Assembly: GCA_044376155.1 (NCBI GenBank)
Contig: JBILLI010000002.1
Coordinates: 1 to 51,465, forward strand
DNA: 51,465 nt
Direction of reading: 5' to 3'
DNA from: Polyangiales bacterium
GTDB taxonomy: Bacteria; Myxococcota_A; Polyangia; Polyangiales; Ga0077539
Both the position numbers and the translations under genes were made by a program. The notes under the pieces were generated by a model. That model had not been told where the DNA came from. It worked only from the letters and a program-made list of their open reading frames with translations, and searched no databases. Positions 46,542-51,465 of this stretch are shown here, one piece after another (the stretch's first letter is position 1; each line of letters begins with the position of its first letter).

Positions 46542-47059
46542 CAGGCCTGCCGCTCCCGCTGCGCCGTGCCCAGGCGAAAGCGCGTGAAGCGCACCGCGAC
46601 CACGCCGTCGTCGATGCGCACCTCCAGGGGGTCGAGGCCGCGCGGCGAGATCCCCGAGGTGACCGCCCCGTCGCGCGCGAAGGCGCTGTCGTGGCAGCGG
46701 CAGATGTAGCGCGCGTCGTCCCACTCCACGAGGCAGCCCACGTGCGGGCAGATGGCCGACCAGCTGCGAACGCTGTTGCCCTCGCGCAGCAGAAAGACCG
46801 CGCCGAGCTGACGTTGCGGGGCCACGGTCCACGCGTCGCCCTCGGCGCCGACGATGGGGCGCTGCACGGGACGGCCCTCGGGGAGCTCGTCGAGCCGCCC
46901 GAGCCGCGTCCAGCCGTCTCCCTGCGCCGCGCGCCCCGGACCGTTCGCGTCGGCCGCGCCGACGACGAGTCCCGCCGCGGGCACCGCCGCCACACCCGCC
47001 GTCGCGGCCCCCGCGCCGCACGCGACCACTGTCAGCACCCGCCGTCGTCCTTCGTCCAT
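46541..47059 (-). CDS. Rieske 2Fe-2S protein with a Tat-like signal.
   Basis: 172 aa. The Tat-like signal is MDEGRRRVLTVVACGAGAA. The cluster ligands are CPHVGC ... CRCHDSAF. Confidence 0.85.
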   Translation of the reverse strand: MDEGRRRVLTVVACGAGAATAGVAAVPAAGLVVGAADANGPGRAAQGDGWTRLGRLDELPEGRPVQRPIVGAEGDAWTVAPQRQLGAVFLLREGNSVRSWSAICPHVGCLVEWDDARYICRCHDSAFARDGAVTSGISPRGLDPLEVRIDDGVVAVRFTRFRLGTAQRERQA

Positions 47060-47116
47060 CGCCGGTCAGACTCCCTGCTTCGCTCGTTGCGTGACGGTGA
47101 TAGCTTCGCGCCGTCC

Positions 47117-49465
47117 ATGCCGATGTTACCTGCACGCGCGAGAAGGCGTGGCGATCATCTGCGCTTCGCCCTCGCGATGATCGCGACAGAGGGCTGCGCG
47201 GCGACCTTCGCCCGCGGCCGCGCGCGGGTGCGCGACGTGGACCTCCGCGGCGTGAGCGCTGTTCCCGCCGACGAACTCCGCGCGGGCATCGCCACGCAGG
47301 AGACCTCGCAGTGGCCCGCGCAGCGCCCGCGCTGGCTGCGGTGGTGGCGCTGGTGGTGGGTCACGCCGTCGTACCTCGACGAGGCCGCGGCGAACCGGGA
47401 CCGGCTGCGCATCCATCGCTTCTATGAGTCCCGCGGGTTCTACGACGTGCAGGTGGAGGGGCCTGAGGTCGTCGGGGTCGACGGTCGCCCACGCGCACCG
47501 GGCGACCGCGGCGAGGGCGAGGTGCGGGTCGCGTATCAGATCCGCGAGGGCGAGGCGCTGCGGGTCGAAGACGTGCGGGTGCGCGGCTGCGACGACGTGC
47601 GCCTCGGCCCCGGTCGCTGTCAGGAATTCGAGCGCGCGCTCGCGCTGCGCCCGGGGATGAACCTCGACGAGTCGCGCCTCGTCACCGACCGCGCCGCGCT
47701 GCGGGACCTGCTCGTGGCCGACGGGTGGGCGACCCCGGTGGTGGTCCAGCGCGCGATGGTCGATCCGCCGCAGCACCGCGCCTGGATCGAGTACGCCATC
47801 GACCCGGGGGCCGAGCGACGCAGCCGGTTCGGAAGGGTGCGCCTCCTGCTCACCCAGGGCGCCACGCCCATCACCGGCGACCACCTCCCGAACGGCCTGC
47901 CCACCGCGCCGATTCGCTCTGCGCTGAGCATCGACCCGGGGGCGACATACTCCCGGGCGAGCCTGGCCACCGCGCAGCAGTCGCTCTTCGACCTTGGCGC
48001 GTTCAGCTCCGCGCGCATCGAGGAGGTCCCTCGCGCCGACGGCACGGTCGACCTCGACGTGCGCCTCGCTGCGGCGAGACTCTGGAAGGCCCGCCTCGGC
48101 GGCGGCGTCGAGGTCGACAACACCCGCAGCAACCTGCACCTCCTGTTCGGGTACGAGCACCGCAACGCCCTCGGCGGGTTCCGTCGCTTCCGCGCCGAGG
48201 TCCGCCCGATGCTGTTCTTCCCGTCGGTCTTCTCGCCCTCGGACTGGGAGTCCTTCGAGGTCAACTGGGGCATCGCCGGATCGCTCTCGCTGGAGCAGCC
48301 CGAGCTCTTTCGCCACACGTCGGGCATGGTCCGCGTGCAGGGTGACTACGGCCCCGACCCGGTGAACCCGCAGACCGCGTTTCGTCTGAGCGTTCGCGCC
48401 TCGGTCTCGCTCCAGCACCGCTTCACCTCCTCGCTCACCGCGGGTCTCTCCCTGCGCTTCGTCGACCTCGAGTACGAGCCCAACCGACTCACCGGCAACG
48501 ACGCGACGGCGCTCGCCCGCGACCCCCTCTTTCGCCAGCAGTTCTTCAACCAGCGCTGGATCGACCTCGAAGCCACCCTCACCTGGGACCGCCGCGACGA
48601 CCGCAACCGCCCGCGCAGCGGCCACCTGCTCACGGCGAACGTCTCGGGCACCGTGCGTAGCCCGGTGTCAGACTACAGCTTCGTGCGCGTGCAGGCCGAA
48701 GCCCGGGGATTCGTGCCCGTCTCGCGCAACGTGGTGCTCGCCATGCGCGGGAGCGTCGGCCTGGCGGCGGGCGAGACCTATCTCGCCAACGGACGCTGGT
48801 ACTGGCCCGTCCCCCCCGAGCAGCGCTTCTTTCTCGGCGGCACCCAGAGTCACCGCGGGTACCCCTTCAACCGCGTGGGGCCCATCGCCTCGTCCCCGAT
48901 GGCCGATACCCAGAACGGCGGCTACCGCGAAGACCCCACCCGCGTCACGGCCCTCGGCGGCACCGCGATGTGGCAGCTCTCCGCGGAGCTGCGCTGGCAG
49001 CCCGGAGACTTCGGCGCCGTGTTCTTCGCCGAGGCGGGCAACGTTGCGGGCTTTGACCCCGCGCCCTTCACCAACCCCCGGGCGCGCGCGCTCACCACCT
49101 GCACGTCGAACACCGCCACCCCACTGCTCGACTTCGACGCCTGCGCCGCGCCCGGCGCTCCACTCGCGCCGCCCGCGCCCCCGCCGCTCGGCGTGGGTCA
49201 GACCCTCGAGCTCCTCGTGCAGCGCTTCAACCCGGTCGTCGGGGTGGGGTTGCGCTACCAGACGCCCATCGGTCCCATTCGTCTCGACGTCGGGTTTCGC
49301 CTCGACGACCTCGACTGCCAGCGCACCCAACGCGAGCTCGCCGCGCAGAACGCCGCGTCGCCCAGCGGGCGCCCGTTCTTCTACGTGAACTCCGCGCCGC
49401 GCTGCGATTTCTTCGGGCTCCCCGCCCCGGCCGCGCTGCACCTCTCCGTGGGTGAGGCCTATTGA
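47117..49465 (+). CDS. Omp85-family outer-membrane protein (BamA/TamA-like).
   Basis: It lies in ORF 46691..49465. The ATG at 47117 is the first start beyond the divergent Rieske gene. The N-terminal part is POTRA-like (VDLRGVSAVPADELR..., NRDRLRIHRFYESRGFYDVQV). The C-terminal beta-barrel has alternating patterns and ends GVGLRYQTPIGPIRLDVGF. Confidence 0.78.
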   Translation: MPMLPARARRRGDHLRFALAMIATEGCAATFARGRARVRDVDLRGVSAVPADELRAGIATQETSQWPAQRPRWLRWWRWWWVTPSYLDEAAANRDRLRIHRFYESRGFYDVQVEGPEVVGVDGRPRAPGDRGEGEVRVAYQIREGEALRVEDVRVRGCDDVRLGPGRCQEFERALALRPGMNLDESRLVTDRAALRDLLVADGWATPVVVQRAMVDPPQHRAWIEYAIDPGAERRSRFGRVRLLLTQGATPITGDHLPNGLPTAPIRSALSIDPGATYSRASLATAQQSLFDLGAFSSARIEEVPRADGTVDLDVRLAAARLWKARLGGGVEVDNTRSNLHLLFGYEHRNALGGFRRFRAEVRPMLFFPSVFSPSDWESFEVNWGIAGSLSLEQPELFRHTSGMVRVQGDYGPDPVNPQTAFRLSVRASVSLQHRFTSSLTAGLSLRFVDLEYEPNRLTGNDATALARDPLFRQQFFNQRWIDLEATLTWDRRDDRNRPRSGHLLTANVSGTVRSPVSDYSFVRVQAEARGFVPVSRNVVLAMRGSVGLAAGETYLANGRWYWPVPPEQRFFLGGTQSHRGYPFNRVGPIASSPMADTQNGGYREDPTRVTALGGTAMWQLSAELRWQPGDFGAVFFAEAGNVAGFDPAPFTNPRARALTTCTSNTATPLLDFDACAAPGAPLAPPAPPPLGVGQTLELLVQRFNPVVGVGLRYQTPIGPIRLDVGFRLDDLDCQRTQRELAAQNAASPSGRPFFYVNSAPRCDFFGLPAPAALHLSVGEAY

Positions 49466-51465
49466 TGCTCCGCGCGCTGGCGGCGCTGCTGCGGGTGATC
49501 GGGGCGGTGCTGCTCACCGTGCTCTCGCTCGTGCTGCACCTCGGCAGCGCCAACGGTCGTCACGCGCTGCGCGACCTGCTCACGTCGGTGCTGCCCGGGC
49601 TCGTGCCGGGGCAGCTCAAGCTCGACGCGATCAGCGTGCTGAGCCCGCGCGCGATCGTCGTCGACGGACTGAGCTGGAGCGATGACCTCGGCGCGCCCGT
49701 GGTCTCCGGCGCCCACGTCGAGGTGTCCCCCGCGTGGCGCTTGCTCACCGCGCCCCTCGGACAGACCCCGTGGCCCAGGATTCTGGTGCGGGCGCCGCGG
49801 GCGTGGGCGCGCGTGCCCAGCCTCGGCCCCGCGCGGGCGGTGCAGGGAGAGCCTCCGGCCGGGCCCTCGCCGCCGCTCACGCTGCGACTCCCGCAGGTCA
49901 CCCTCGAGATCGAGCGCCTCGAGAACGCCCTCGGCGGCCCCTGGTTGACCCTGCGCAACCTCCGGGGCGACGCGTCGATCAACATCGTGCGCGACGCGCC
50001 CGAGGTCACGCTGCGCGTGCTGCGCACCGACGTCTGGCTCGGCGCCCTCGCCCCGATCCACCTCGAGGGCGCCGCCGAGGTCCACCACGCGCGCGCCGTG
50101 GAGGGCCGCGTCGACCTCGTCGGCGAGCCGTTGCGCTGCGAGATCCGGGCCGTAAGCCCCGGCGGCGACGTCTCGATCTCGCTGCGCCGCTGCGCGTTCA
50201 GCGCAAAGCTGCTCTCGACGCTGGCCGACACGACGCTCCCCGCGGTGGAGATCACCGAGGCCACGCTCCTGCGACACACCAACGACGCCCTCGCGGTGAG
50301 CGCCACGGTGCGCGTCGGCGGCGACGTCATCGGCCTCTCCGGCGCCGTGAACGGCGGCAGCTACGACCTCGCCGTCTTCCCCCGGCGCGCGTCGCTGCGC
50401 TGGCTCTCCCCCGCTCTGCCGCCGCTGTCGCTCGACGGCGAGGTCCGCGCGCACGCGACGCAGTCGCAGGGGCGCTGGTCGTTCGACGCGACGACGCAGG
50501 CGCTCACCGCGTCGGTGCAGGGGGTGAACATCCCCGGGCTTGAGCTCGACGGCACCTTCGAGGGCACCGCCCTACGGCTATCCTCGGTGCGCGTGCCCTC
50601 CCTGCACCTGACCGCGCAGGGCAGCTACGACACCGCGCAGGGGCCCTCGAGCGCCCGCGCGTCGCTGCGCTCCCGGGCGACCCCGCTGGAGGCGCTCGGC
50701 GTCCCCGGCGTCTCGCTGCGCGGCGACGTGGACCTCGACGGGAGCCTCCGCGGCGATGACGGCGCGACCCGCGTGGAGCTCGCGGCGAGAGCGACCCGCT
50801 TCGCGGGCTTCGGCGCGCGGGTGGAGAGCGCCAGCCTCTCGGCCAACCTCAACCTGCGCGAAGGCCGCAACGACCTCCGCGCGCACGTCGAGCTGAGCGG
50901 CGCGCGCTACGCCCAGCAGGGACCGCTCTCGCTCTCGGCAGACGTGCGCGGCGACGCGCCTCGCGACCTCGCCATCACGGCCCACGCGACGGGGCCGCTC
51001 CCGCCCGCGGCGCGCCGCCACCTCCACGGCTCGACCTTCGCGCTCGACCTCAATGGCGATGTGCAGCACGTCGCGCCCGTCACCCGCCTCCGCGTTCGCC
51101 GCGCGGACCTCCACGCGGGCCAGCTCACCCTGCGCGCCGACGCTCGCACCGCCCTGCGCAGCGGCGCGAACGGGAGCACCCTCGACGCGGTGGAAGCATC
51201 GCTCTCCCTGCCCGGCGATGGGCGGGTGCGCGCGCGGCTGGTTCAGCGACGCCTCGACCTCGACCTGCACGCCGTCTCCCTGCGTGCCTTTGCGCCCTTC
51301 GTGCCGCAGCTCGCGCCGTTGGGGGGCGTCGTGAACGCCAGCGGGCAGGTCGACCTCGCGCGCCCCGGCCGCTCACGCCTCGAGCTGCGCGTCGAGAACC
51401 TCACGGCGCCGGTGCTCGGTCGCATCTCGCCGCAGCTCTCGCTGCGCCCGCAGCCCGACGGCAGC
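49465..51465 (+). CDS. TamB-like (DUF490/AsmA-like) translocation-and-assembly protein, 5' partial; it runs off the window.
   Basis: This gene is not in the supplied ORF track. The ATG at 49465 shares one nt with the upstream TGA. I translated it by eye as open for 667 codons to the window end. The N-terminal anchor is MLRALAALLRVIGAVLLTVLSLVLHL, followed by a repetitive beta-rich sequence. The position downstream of an Omp85 gene is typical of tamA-tamB. Confidence 0.55.
   Translation, partial: MLRALAALLRVIGAVLLTVLSLVLHLGSANGRHALRDLLTSVLPGLVPGQLKLDAISVLSPRAIVVDGLSWSDDLGAPVVSGAHVEVSPAWRLLTAPLGQTPWPRILVRAPRAWARVPSLGPARAVQGEPPAGPSPPLTLRLPQVTLEIERLENALGGPWLTLRNLRGDASINIVRDAPEVTLRVLRTDVWLGALAPIHLEGAAEVHHARAVEGRVDLVGEPLRCEIRAVSPGGDVSISLRRCAFSAKLLSTLADTTLPAVEITEATLLRHTNDALAVSATVRVGGDVIGLSGAVNGGSYDLAVFPRRASLRWLSPALPPLSLDGEVRAHATQSQGRWSFDATTQALTASVQGVNIPGLELDGTFEGTALRLSSVRVPSLHLTAQGSYDTAQGPSSARASLRSRATPLEALGVPGVSLRGDVDLDGSLRGDDGATRVELAARATRFAGFGARVESASLSANLNLREGRNDLRAHVELSGARYAQQGPLSLSADVRGDAPRDLAITAHATGPLPPAARRHLHGSTFALDLNGDVQHVAPVTRLRVRRADLHAGQLTLRADARTALRSGANGSTLDAVEASLSLPGDGRVRARLVQRRLDLDLHAVSLRAFAPFVPQLAPLGGVVNASGQVDLARPGRSRLELRVENLTAPVLGRISPQLSLRPQPDGS

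Noticed and set aside
43819-47135. N-terminal extensions of listed ORFs (43819..45261 at 480 aa; 44796..47135 at 779 aa); the same applies to 46691..49465, 20784..23801, 32624..34972, 1060..3249, 9718..11325, 9788..10258, 8019..9929, 42396..43802 and 40356..41693.
   Set aside because: The extensions overlap neighbouring well-supported genes and precede obvious signal peptides or conserved N-termini. I therefore chose internal starts, several supported by an RBS or by a 4-nt start/stop overlap.

Overview
This is a 51.5-kb, very GC-rich segment (about 70% by eye, with strong GC3 bias in the real reading frames). The gene content suggests a Myxococcota-type chromosome, but that is an inference: Ser/Thr kinases including a PEGA-domain kinase, a sigma-54 activator, HEAT/beta-propeller lipoproteins, and Pro/Ala-rich linkers. 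I call 38 protein-coding genes (one frameshifted) and one tRNA. I see no rRNA, transposase, integrase or cas gene.

Gene map, left to right:
- Low-GC left edge with odd repeats, then a Uma2-type endonuclease.
- Minus-strand run: uvrA paralog (frameshifted), acyl-CoA dehydrogenase, orphan TssM/IcmF-like NTPase.
- Plus-strand, translationally coupled cassette: FAD oxidoreductase, membrane polyferredoxin, AhpD-like peroxidase-like protein, ArsS-type radical SAM enzyme.
- OmpR-type regulator coupled to pdxA.
- Repeat-rich GAF protein.
- Five-gene minus-strand envelope operon: HEAT protein, beta-propeller/HEAT lipoprotein, small acidic protein, Ig/cytochrome-like lipoprotein, DsbA.
- Divergent phosphodiester-glycosidase-like gene.
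- PEGA Ser/Thr kinase.
- Minus-strand run: glycosyltransferase, methyltransferase, sigma-54 activator, type IV pilin, TPR-like gene, with a recognisable -24/-12 promoter in front of the pilin.
- hutU-hutI followed by a predicted pseudokinase.
- Housekeeping block tig-clpP-clpX-lon-tRNA-Val.
- Esterase.
- Rieske protein plus a cytochrome b/di-haem c fusion.
- TamA/TamB-like pair running off the right edge.

The best candidates for an undescribed system are the envelope operon (15365-20998, plus the divergent gene to 23801), the ArsS-centred redox cassette (6889-11325) and the orphan sigma-54/pilin module (26652-31433).

Many long ORFs in the supplied track are antisense or out-of-frame artefacts of high GC and are rejected. 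All functional calls rest on motif recognition by eye; no database search was possible.
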